Source: a virus (Duplodnaviria > Caudoviricetes). Taken from it: DNA of 53,368 bases. Made by a program: the position numbers and the translations under genes. Below the pieces are notes generated by a model. The model did not search any database. It was not told the DNA's origin and saw only the letters and a list, made by a program, of their open reading frames with translations. The stretch is from positions 1 to 53,368 of the IMG/VR virus record IMGVR_UViG_3300030388_000656. The stretch is one strand, 5' to 3'. Of the stretch, positions 46,101 through 53,368 are shown piece by piece (the stretch's first letter is position 1; each line of letters starts with the position of its first letter).

Positions 46101-48000
46101 ATTTTATGATGCTTCAGATATGTACGACATATATGTTGATCCAGCAGATTCAAAACGATATCATAAATCTGGGTTATCTGCTTCTGACGTAAGTCAAACT
46201 GCGAGTACTAATTTAGAGGTGACTTTAGCTTTTGCTAATTGTTTTACATTTGGTAATGGAGTTGAAAGTTTTAGAATTACAGATTCTCCAGCAACTAAAA
46301 GTTTTCTTTTAGGAGAAAGAGTTTTAGCAGTATCTAATCAAGACTTTAAAGAGGCTAATAGATTTGCTGGTTTGACATACAGTGGAGTATTTAGTGGCAA
46401 TGCAAACTCTAATAATTTAAATGAATTTAATTTAGGGTTAGTAAACTACAAAGATTGCGAAACTTCTTTTGGGCCAATACAACTTTTGTATTCTCGTGAA
46501 ACAGATATACTATGTCTACAAGAAGATAGAGTATCTTATGTATTAGCCAGTAAAAATGTTATTACTGATTCAACAGGAGGTGGTGCTATAGCATCTGTTC
46601 CTCAAGTCTTAGGAACTCAAATAGCTCGTATAGAAGAATATGGTATTAGTTTTAATCCTGAAAGCTTTGCAGCTTGGGGAGCTGATATGTTTTTTACGGA
46701 TGCTAAGAGATCGGCAGTTATTAATCTAAGAGGAACATCAAAAGGAAATGATCAGATGCAAATTATTTCTGAGTCTGGAATGCGTTCATGGTTTAGAGAC
46801 CAATTTGCAGAACAACTTCATACTCAAAAATTAGGAGGCTTTGATCCTTACATGAATGAATATGTATTAAATACTAATGGTAGAGCTATACCATTTCCTA
46901 AACCTGATAGTCCATGTGGAACTACGCTTACTCAAACACAAGCTACTAATCCATTAAGCTATCAAGTAAATGTAGGAGAGTCTGTTGGTACAATAGATGT
47001 TCCATACACTATTACTTCAGGTAGTATTACTGTTGAAGTGGTTTGGAATGGAATAGTCAATACGACTGGTGTTGTAAGTTCTTCTGGTACATTATCTTTT
47101 AACAAGACAGCTGGTACACCAAATGTTGTAGATGTATTAGTTACACCATTAGCAACTGCTTCTTATGGAGTTACAGTAAATTGTCCTCCAACAAATGACT
47201 TAACAGTTGTAAGGGTTGTGTTATCTTCAAGTACCAGCAATGGTTTGTTTATTCATTTTGAATATAACTGGAGTGATGGATCAAATGCATCACCATCGGT
47301 GAATAATTTAGCTTCATTAGATCTTACTAATCCTACTGAATATTTAAGTCAAACAGGACAAGCTTCAGTTGGTGTATTCCCTTACTCAGGATCGTCAATA
47401 AAGATGGCCTCTGTAAAACAAGGATTTGATGACTTTAACTTTGATCCACTAACAAACAAGTTTAGGTGGTTATCGTCTAATACACTTTATCCAAATACAG
47501 CAGCAGGAATGTCAGCGTTATTAGCTGCAAATCCAGCAGAGATTACTCCAATTACAAATCCACAAACTGATATGTATCAGGCAGTAGTAGCGACTAATGC
47601 TATTTCAATGCCTGTAAATAATAGTTACTTATATCTGGTGTGGGATTTAAGAGAAGTAAATAATGCAAGTCTTTGTTATTCTACTACAAGTCCTTTAGAT
47701 GCTTGTTGTAATTGTATACCAGCATGTACATCAGGATTCTTTGGGCCAGTACAAAATACTCAAGCTTTAGCATGTACAACTAATACCACGACTCCTGGAA
47801 GTAATAATTGGAGCTGGAATGGTACAGGCAGTACTCCTCAAATTGGAGAGGTTGTCTATACTGATTTATCGTGTGGTGTTTTAGGTGCTCCAACAGCACC
47901 AAGTGGTTACTATATAACAAATATAATAGCAACTACTGGAGCTAATGATTGGGTTCAATTAAATAATTATGGGCAGGTTATAGGATCTGGATCATGTTAA
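43192..48000 (+). CDS. Tail nozzle/muzzle ('stabilization protein'-like) with Cys-rich C-terminal domains
   Basis: GRMNKSVDERLVP.GEY..A.N N-terminus, NRLIYGNY, GNGVES, GGFDPY..EY. Confidence 0.65.
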   Translation: MADIRTNFIAGRMNKSVDERLVPQGEYVNALNVRLGSTEATEIGAVENSKGNTQLTFLEYNGNPLSNPPSNQDRTTFCLGTFEDGINETIYWFIHDSNNISSPTGKVDLIVSFDTNTNTTTYHVVSTSVLNFDPEFLVTGVNKIENLLFFTDDKNPPRTINVKRNYDDPVAGVDGIEEEDINVVVKPPGFEDSVGGNIPLPVPGVIPASFPGDENYMETRFLAFAYRYRYTDGGYSATSLFSKPSFQPRAFRFDLDNFNNAGMINRFNGANITFSTGSKRVTQVDLLYKESTSNVIYVIERYNKKDLGWANDVIQNLTFTNSKIFTTLGSDELLRQYDNVPRIAKAQTIQGNRLIYGNYVDGYDITNNNNQKIPIVYTTEHVVEEIGGVGFAPPVSSQGIAYSVGSGTGNVSVPNSKLTFDLSVLDFPVLAGLTLNFDVNVDSATGVSGGNPKVTGPLGDSTFNNTGPFSLTWSFTATQTYNSMSDLVTSTQFQQPIGVTAQANYQPLIPVNLSNQGGTLTDRFNSAVIAPPSTPLQIINSSISSGCATPNPPATAICTQQGFGYGTTSTGFFIQLPAIQMYAETDTGGVITEQTSQVEYFKFNDFSSTGGYLLTADTYSLHSNRDYETGIVYMDNYGRASTVLVSNDNTIFVPSANSPDKNTCKVTLSNLPPYWADKYKFVMKPSEGTYQTIYSALYYEDPKDPSVFWFKLEGDNTSIAQTGMNLIVKVDTLGPVNTEVTCKILEIKAWGVDEFFPGSGSTTPSVAGLYMCIKPGGFNTAIADDATIAYGNKSSSSNSTNCNLSNSYDLNFPATSGSSGPYDLPAGSSVRVSIDNWRGQKGSNCGSRKYRFDETFTVSQDYPNFYLWWYGDNVDMTTGSVDGMSCTQHLNNGNGPYTSNGSVPSSCFVTKLFCFTSGTDLFFRNRCGIPRCSSFWGDKRPGHVGTRIEVTRGGGLIVWETEPNEVDPNLFYDASDMYDIYVDPADSKRYHKSGLSASDVSQTASTNLEVTLAFANCFTFGNGVESFRITDSPATKSFLLGERVLAVSNQDFKEANRFAGLTYSGVFSGNANSNNLNEFNLGLVNYKDCETSFGPIQLLYSRETDILCLQEDRVSYVLASKNVITDSTGGGAIASVPQVLGTQIARIEEYGISFNPESFAAWGADMFFTDAKRSAVINLRGTSKGNDQMQIISESGMRSWFRDQFAEQLHTQKLGGFDPYMNEYVLNTNGRAIPFPKPDSPCGTTLTQTQATNPLSYQVNVGESVGTIDVPYTITSGSITVEVVWNGIVNTTGVVSSSGTLSFNKTAGTPNVVDVLVTPLATASYGVTVNCPPTNDLTVVRVVLSSSTSNGLFIHFEYNWSDGSNASPSVNNLASLDLTNPTEYLSQTGQASVGVFPYSGSSIKMASVKQGFDDFNFDPLTNKFRWLSSNTLYPNTAAGMSALLAANPAEITPITNPQTDMYQAVVATNAISMPVNNSYLYLVWDLREVNNASLCYSTTSPLDACCNCIPACTSGFFGPVQNTQALACTTNTTTPGSNNWSWNGTGSTPQIGEVVYTDLSCGVLGAPTAPSGYYITNIIATTGANDWVQLNNYGQVIGSGSC

Positions 48001-48013
48001 AAATTAAATAGAT

Positions 48014-48961
48014 ATGGCTACATTAGGAAATTATTTTTACGATGGAAACAGTTTTGCACTTGCATCTGTTCTTTGTTTAGATTCTCAATTACAAACTACA
48101 GCCCCAGATGGATGGTATTCTCAGGGTGGTATATATAGACAAATGGCAGCAGGTCTTTTAGGAACTGTTCAGAATTGTGTTTCATGTCTATATGGTTGTA
48201 ATTCTCAAGCAGTTTCAAATTCAGGATCAAGTGCTTTGTATGGTCAATTCAAATTAGTGGTTGATGTAGGCACAGGATCTGGTGCAGTGTTAGCTGAGTT
48301 TTTTGTTTCTAACAATAGTGCTGTAAGATGTACATGGACTTATTCTGGTTTATCAGCATCTGAATATTCTTCTCCTGTTCAAGGTTATTGTGAGGGTTTA
48401 ATTGGTGATGAAAACATTACAGGAATTACAAATTCTACTGGTAGTGGAGGAAGCTCTTATGTAGGAACTAATTATAATTATCAAAATGGTCAATGGGTAG
48501 GTGGTGGCTCACCAACTTGGGGGCCTTATAGCAATCAATCCTCTGGAGGTGTAACTTTATTTCCTGGTGGAAATTTTGGTACATCTATAATGGTTATACC
48601 AAAACCTAATTCATCACCTAATACTATTGAGTTTGTAATGGATATGCCTTCAGGCAGTGGTACTAATGATTGGGATTTTACTTTAAAAGTAAATTGTCCT
48701 AACGGACTAATACCTTTAAACGTAGATTCTAATAGTGGTATAGATTGCCAAGATGCTTGTACGAATACATTAAACCCTCAGGTTATTTATAGAGCTATAG
48801 TATCAGGAACTGTTCCAATGCCAGCAGTAAATGACTGGGTATTTTCAGATGCTAATGGAGTAATAGAATGGGCAGATGGTTTTTGGAGGGTAGTTGTAAA
48901 TGGTGCTAACTATTGTATGACTACACAAAATTCAGTAATAACTAACTTTACACCTTGTTAA
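48014..48961 (+). CDS. Cys/Gly-rich putative virion or receptor-binding protein
   Basis: APDGWY, ADGFW and V.CP motifs shared with the C-terminus of 43192. Confidence 0.55.
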   Translation: MATLGNYFYDGNSFALASVLCLDSQLQTTAPDGWYSQGGIYRQMAAGLLGTVQNCVSCLYGCNSQAVSNSGSSALYGQFKLVVDVGTGSGAVLAEFFVSNNSAVRCTWTYSGLSASEYSSPVQGYCEGLIGDENITGITNSTGSGGSSYVGTNYNYQNGQWVGGGSPTWGPYSNQSSGGVTLFPGGNFGTSIMVIPKPNSSPNTIEFVMDMPSGSGTNDWDFTLKVNCPNGLIPLNVDSNSGIDCQDACTNTLNPQVIYRAIVSGTVPMPAVNDWVFSDANGVIEWADGFWRVVVNGANYCMTTQNSVITNFTPC

Positions 48962-49741
48962 ATGGCAGCACAATCAAACGACTCATATACATTATCATAT
49001 AGCGAATCCTCTAAGGGATGGCCTTCTTTTTATTCTTATCTACCTGACATGATGGTAGGTATGAATAGTTATTTTTATAGCTTTAGAAATGGAGATTTAT
49101 ATAGACACAATACTAATACCACAAGAAACAATTATTATAATGAACAATTTCTATCTGAGATAACTTCTGTCTTTAATGTAGAACCACAGACTATTAAACT
49201 TTTTAAGACAATGTCTTACGAGAGTGACACAGCTTGGACTTGTACATCTTTGTTTACAGAGCTAAGTTCAGGATCAATGCTTGATACATATTTTGTTCAG
49301 AAAGAAAGAGAATGGTTTACATACTTAAGAGCAAATGAAAACACTATAAATTTTAGCATGAGATCTGCAAATGGTATAGGAACTTGTAGTACAATTACAG
49401 GTGTACCAGGAGCTCTCATAGTTCAGTTCCCTATATCACCAGGTAGTATTTTAAGTGTAGGAGATTATGTTTATGCAACTACTGCTGCTATTTATTTTGG
49501 ACAGGTTACTAATGTAGATAGAGTTAACAACACAATTACAGTTGACGAATCAGTCAATAGCCCACAAGGAATAGCAGGTGTTGTGCCAGCTAATAATGTG
49601 TTTATTGTATTTATAAAAAATGCAGTAGCAGCATCGTCTGGTGCTCGTGGATACTTCATGCAGTTTACGCTAACAAATTCAGATACTATTCCAGTTGAGT
49701 TATTTTCTATAGGTAGTAGTGTGATGAAAAGTTTTCCTTAG
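48962..49741 (+). CDS. Tail protein, probable detached C-terminal part of the muzzle protein
   Basis: TLSYSE..KGWPSFYSY.P...LYRHN...K.FKT..YE...GARGYFM. Confidence 0.55.
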   Translation: MAAQSNDSYTLSYSESSKGWPSFYSYLPDMMVGMNSYFYSFRNGDLYRHNTNTTRNNYYNEQFLSEITSVFNVEPQTIKLFKTMSYESDTAWTCTSLFTELSSGSMLDTYFVQKEREWFTYLRANENTINFSMRSANGIGTCSTITGVPGALIVQFPISPGSILSVGDYVYATTAAIYFGQVTNVDRVNNTITVDESVNSPQGIAGVVPANNVFIVFIKNAVAASSGARGYFMQFTLTNSDTIPVELFSIGSSVMKSFP

Positions 49742-49748
49742 AATTTAT

Positions 49749-49756
49749 TATCTTTG
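49749..49756 (+). promoter_or_regulatory. -7 box TATCTTTG
   Basis: Exact match only 5 bp before ATG 49762, implying a near-leaderless transcript. Confidence 0.6.
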
Positions 49757-49761
49757 CAGTA

Positions 49762-50172
49762 ATGGAATTAAATATAATAAAGCTTAAGGATTCTGATTAC
49801 GATAATATTCTGTGCAAATGGTGGAAAGACTGGGGATGGTCAGCACCCTCTAAAGACTTTTTACCAGAAGATGGATCAGGTGGGTTTATTGTTTACGATA
49901 ACGAGACTCCAATATGTGCAGGATTTATGTATATTACAAATTCAAAAGCAGTATGGTGTGACTGGATTATATCCAATCTATACTACAAAGATCGACAAAA
50001 AAGAAAACAAGCTTTGCAGTTACTAATCGAAACGATTAGTAATAAAGCTGTAGAGTTAGACAAGAAATATGTTTATGCTTTAATTAAAAACAAACCTTTA
50101 ATTAACGTATATAAAAAAGTAGGCTTTGTTGAAGGGAGTACCTACACCCATGAAATGATTAAAACGATATAA
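49762..50172 (+). CDS. GNAT-like acetyltransferase
   Basis: GFIV....ICAGF...W.DWIISN...LINVYKKVGF. Confidence 0.65.
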   Translation: MELNIIKLKDSDYDNILCKWWKDWGWSAPSKDFLPEDGSGGFIVYDNETPICAGFMYITNSKAVWCDWIISNLYYKDRQKRKQALQLLIETISNKAVELDKKYVYALIKNKPLINVYKKVGFVEGSTYTHEMIKTI

Positions 50173-50173
50173 T

Positions 50174-51178
50174 ATGGCAGCAGTAACAGCAGCAGTAGTT
50201 GGAATAGGATCAGCAGTAGTAAGTACTGGGATGAGTTTTTCAGCAGCTGCAAAAGCAAAGAGAGCAGGAGAAGCAGCTCGAAAGGAAGCTAAGCAAGCAA
50301 TGGTTGATGCAAAAGCAAAAGCATCAAAAGATTTTTACGAAGGACTTAATGTTCCTTTAGATGCATATGAAGCAGAGTTTGAAAACAACTTGGCTGTAGC
50401 TCAACAAAACACAGAAGCTTTACAAGAAGGAGATGCAAGGTCTTTAGCAGCAGGTGTTGGTAGAGTAGGTGCAGCAGCAGGAGCTAACGCTGAGCAAACT
50501 CGTATTGCAATGGGTGAACAGATTTCTGATTTACAAGCAACTAAAGCTCAGTCTAAAGATGCAGTTAATCAGCAGCTATTAGAAATGGATGTAGCTAATG
50601 CCAAAGAACAAAAACAAATTGCAGCTGAAGCAGATCTTAATAGATCTAAAAACATTCAAGCTGGTATTGCTGGGATAGGTAGTTCTGTTAATGCAATTGC
50701 AGGAGCTGTACCATTATTTACTGGTGCAGGTAAAGCAGCAAAAGCAGCAGCAGGAGCAGCAGGATCTATATCAGGTAACATGCTTTCTGGTTTAAAATCA
50801 AACCAACCTGGAGGATTAAGCCTTAATAGTTTTAATCCAGGTGGAGGTCTTGGAGGTGGAAACACTGGAGGCTTTGGAGGTGGCTTACTGAGTCAACAAC
50901 AAAACTCTATGTTTAGTAATAAGTTTTCAGGTGGTTTCAATACCTTTACACCAGGCTTTAACTCAGGAATTTATTCTGATAGAAGGTTAAAAGAAAATAT
51001 TGAATTGATAGGTAAATCACCAAGTGGTTTAAACATATACAGTTTTAAATATAAAGGAAAAAAAGGAGTATATCAAGGAGTTATGTCTGACGAAATTAGT
51101 CCAAAGGCTGTTGTTAAAACAGGAGAATATGATATGGTTAATTATAATATGATTGACGTAGAATTTAAAGAAATATAA
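50174..51178 (+). CDS. Putative ejection protein with C-terminal Peptidase_S74 intramolecular chaperone domain
   Basis: Ala-rich helical body, Gly-rich linker, then SDRRLKENI...G.NIYSFKY. Confidence 0.7.
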   Translation: MAAVTAAVVGIGSAVVSTGMSFSAAAKAKRAGEAARKEAKQAMVDAKAKASKDFYEGLNVPLDAYEAEFENNLAVAQQNTEALQEGDARSLAAGVGRVGAAAGANAEQTRIAMGEQISDLQATKAQSKDAVNQQLLEMDVANAKEQKQIAAEADLNRSKNIQAGIAGIGSSVNAIAGAVPLFTGAGKAAKAAAGAAGSISGNMLSGLKSNQPGGLSLNSFNPGGGLGGGNTGGFGGGLLSQQQNSMFSNKFSGGFNTFTPGFNSGIYSDRRLKENIELIGKSPSGLNIYSFKYKGKKGVYQGVMSDEISPKAVVKTGEYDMVNYNMIDVEFKEI

Positions 51179-51179
51179 T

Positions 51180-53129
51180 ATGGCTATTGTAGATGTAACT
51201 AAAGCAAAAAGGGATATAAACTTTGACACTTTTGTAGAACAGAAAGAAGGAACAAGATTAGACTGGCAGCAAGAAGCTAAGAAAATTAGCGATGCATTTA
51301 CAGGTGTAGCAGACGATAGAGCAAAGAGAAAGAAAGACATTGATGATGATACTAAAAAGAACATCGATGCCTTAAATGATATTGATCAACTGGATAATAA
51401 AACATTAATGGATATGACCATTGATGGAACTAATTCAGCAGCCAATGTTATTTATGATGCAGAACAGAAAATGAAACGAGGAGAAATGAGACCTCAGGAT
51501 TTTCAGAAGTTAAAGAACAATGTAAGTTCAGGGTTTACTCAGTTTCAAAAGAATGCTAAATCATGGGATACAGACTTTCAAAGATTTACAGAAAGACTTG
51601 AGGGTGGAGAGTCAAGTTCATTAGAACAATACTTAGGGGAAAGAATGGAAGCATTTGGTAACCTTAAAAATATGCAGTTAGTTACAAACCCTGACACAGG
51701 GAATTTAGCATTTGGTAGAGTTGATGAGAACGGAGTTCTTATGACAGGGCCAGATGATTTAATTAGTATTAATAGAATGACTGCTATTAGTAAGCAAGAA
51801 ATTAATAAAGTAGATGTAGGTAAAGTTACTAATGATACTGCAACAGAATTAGGTGATTACATAAAAGCTGGTAATGCAGGATCAATGGGCAAAGATGGAA
51901 GCTCAAGAGCTGTAGTTACTATTGAAGACTTTATGAATACACCACAAGCTGAGAAATATTTATCAGATAAAGCTAAATCTATTACAGCAAGTCCTTATGA
52001 AACAGGAAGTGTATTGGCTGATAATGGTGTGCAGAATTCAGCTGGAGAAAGTTTTGAAGGTGGTACTCAAGAAGAGTTTGATAAATGGGCAACTGACAAT
52101 CCAGACTCTGATGCAGCAAATCCTATTATAGTAATGGGATACAAAAAGAATGGTGTTCAAGTAGAGCCAGCTATTACAGATGAGCAGCAAGCAGCAGCAG
52201 AAGGATTTATTACAAGATCATTACGAGCTAAGTTAGGTCGTGAAGAGAAGATGGTTGAAAGTTCTTACAAGCCTAATCCAAAAACTAACTACCAAATAAA
52301 AGGAGATAGAGATAAAGAGAAAGCTTCTAACTTGTATCTGACTGTTAAAGACTTTGTTGGTGGAGATGCAGCAACCTCTTCAGGAGCTGCAACACAACTA
52401 TCTAACTCAATTAACCAACAGAATCTTGGTAAGGCTGGATATAATCCAATACAGGAAATGAAAAGAGTAGGAGATGAGTTCATTATATATAGAGCAGGTC
52501 AAGAGCCTGTTAAAATTAGTGCGTTTGCTCCTGATGGTAAAACTCCATTAACTGGTGATGATATCGGTGGAGCTGTTTGGGATCAAGTAACAAGTGGAGA
52601 TTACTCATGGGAAGAAGCGAAAGGTGATAGGTCTGTTGGAGATAAAGGTAAAGGAGATGCTTCTGGTACACGAGTTAGTACTAAGACAATTGAACAGCCA
52701 GACTTTGCTACAGACATTCTTATAGATGGTAAAGCTAAAAGTATTAAAACAGCTGTTGAGGATATTCCTGGAATGGGAGGAACTTGGCCTAACAATAATG
52801 TTGTAGAAGTTGCGAAGAGCTACCAGAATGTTTTACAAGAAGTATTCAAAAACAAAAATACTCCAGGCTTATCAGCAGCATTTAAAGGAGAAGAAATTAA
52901 GGTAATTCAAAACCCTGATGAGAAAAATAATTTAATATTCCAAATTGGAAAAGCTACATTTAAATATCCAGAAGATGTTCCTGGTTATAAAGATGGTGCA
53001 TTAGCTACTGACTTTAAGTACGATGAAGGAAGTGACATTTGGCCACAAATAGAATTATTTATTTCTAAGCAGATTAAAATAAAAAAAGGTGGTAAAGGTG
53101 ATGGTAAGAAGAAGTTACCTGGAACATAA
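51180..53129 (+). CDS. Putative internal virion/ejection protein
   Basis: 649 aa, helical; positional inference. Confidence 0.55.
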   Translation: MAIVDVTKAKRDINFDTFVEQKEGTRLDWQQEAKKISDAFTGVADDRAKRKKDIDDDTKKNIDALNDIDQLDNKTLMDMTIDGTNSAANVIYDAEQKMKRGEMRPQDFQKLKNNVSSGFTQFQKNAKSWDTDFQRFTERLEGGESSSLEQYLGERMEAFGNLKNMQLVTNPDTGNLAFGRVDENGVLMTGPDDLISINRMTAISKQEINKVDVGKVTNDTATELGDYIKAGNAGSMGKDGSSRAVVTIEDFMNTPQAEKYLSDKAKSITASPYETGSVLADNGVQNSAGESFEGGTQEEFDKWATDNPDSDAANPIIVMGYKKNGVQVEPAITDEQQAAAEGFITRSLRAKLGREEKMVESSYKPNPKTNYQIKGDRDKEKASNLYLTVKDFVGGDAATSSGAATQLSNSINQQNLGKAGYNPIQEMKRVGDEFIIYRAGQEPVKISAFAPDGKTPLTGDDIGGAVWDQVTSGDYSWEEAKGDRSVGDKGKGDASGTRVSTKTIEQPDFATDILIDGKAKSIKTAVEDIPGMGGTWPNNNVVEVAKSYQNVLQEVFKNKNTPGLSAAFKGEEIKVIQNPDEKNNLIFQIGKATFKYPEDVPGYKDGALATDFKYDEGSDIWPQIELFISKQIKIKKGGKGDGKKKLPGT

Positions 53130-53142
53130 TATATAAATAAAG

Positions 53143-53368
53143 ATGAACGAGAAAATACAAAAGTTATTTGATGCACTAAAAGGGGAATATGAATTAGGAA
53201 CCTTTGAAGAATTTAATGCTTATTTAGCAGATGACAAAAAGCGTAAACTTTTTTATGAAGAAATTATTGCACCAAACTTTGAGGTTGAAAGCCTTGATCT
53301 TTTTGAACAAGCCTATGGCTTAAAAAAAAAAGACGATACCGAAATTTTTACGCAGGAAGAGGAAGTTA
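53143..53368 (+). CDS. N-terminus of a large protein (3' truncated)
   Basis: MNEKIQKLFDALKGEYELGTFEEF...; frame open to the window end. Confidence 0.65.
   Translation, partial: MNEKIQKLFDALKGEYELGTFEEFNAYLADDKKRKLFYEEIIAPNFEVESLDLFEQAYGLKKKDDTEIFTQEEEV

Overview
The window is most of the genome of a lytic tailed phage. The host is almost certainly Bacteroidota (probably Flavobacteriia), because TAnnTTTG -7 promoter boxes recur upstream of operons and there is a BT4734/VirE-N-type primase. The structural module looks podovirus-like. Both ends of the window fall inside long + strand genes. There are two divergent arms. The - strand arm (14033 to 961) carries small early genes, then recombination and replication genes: Sak3-like SSAP, PD-(D/E)XK exonuclease, SSB-like protein, primase-helicase, SNF2-like helicase, VRR-NUC, HNH and two DnaA domain IV-like proteins. 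The + strand arm (14597 to the end) carries groEL-groES, a cluster of very basic microproteins with amidase and holins, fibre and collagen-like proteins, two 2OG-Fe(II) oxygenases, terminase, portal, scaffold, major capsid, tail and probable ejection proteins. I saw no DNA polymerase, integrase, tRNA or CRISPR array. The main finding is non-coding. The early - strand operon is punctuated by structured RNAs: two type I hammerhead ribozymes (10843-10895, 13037-13089) with a complete catalytic core and covarying stems, alternating with two copies of an unrecognised two-hairpin motif (12347-12394, 13390-13436). Other notable signals are two ~104 bp origin-like elements of identical geometry (7091-7194, 14967-15070), a G-rich/CTGG-rich switch region, local GATC depletion in the early region, and apparent GGWCC avoidance. 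All protein family calls come from motifs recognised by eye, not from database searches.
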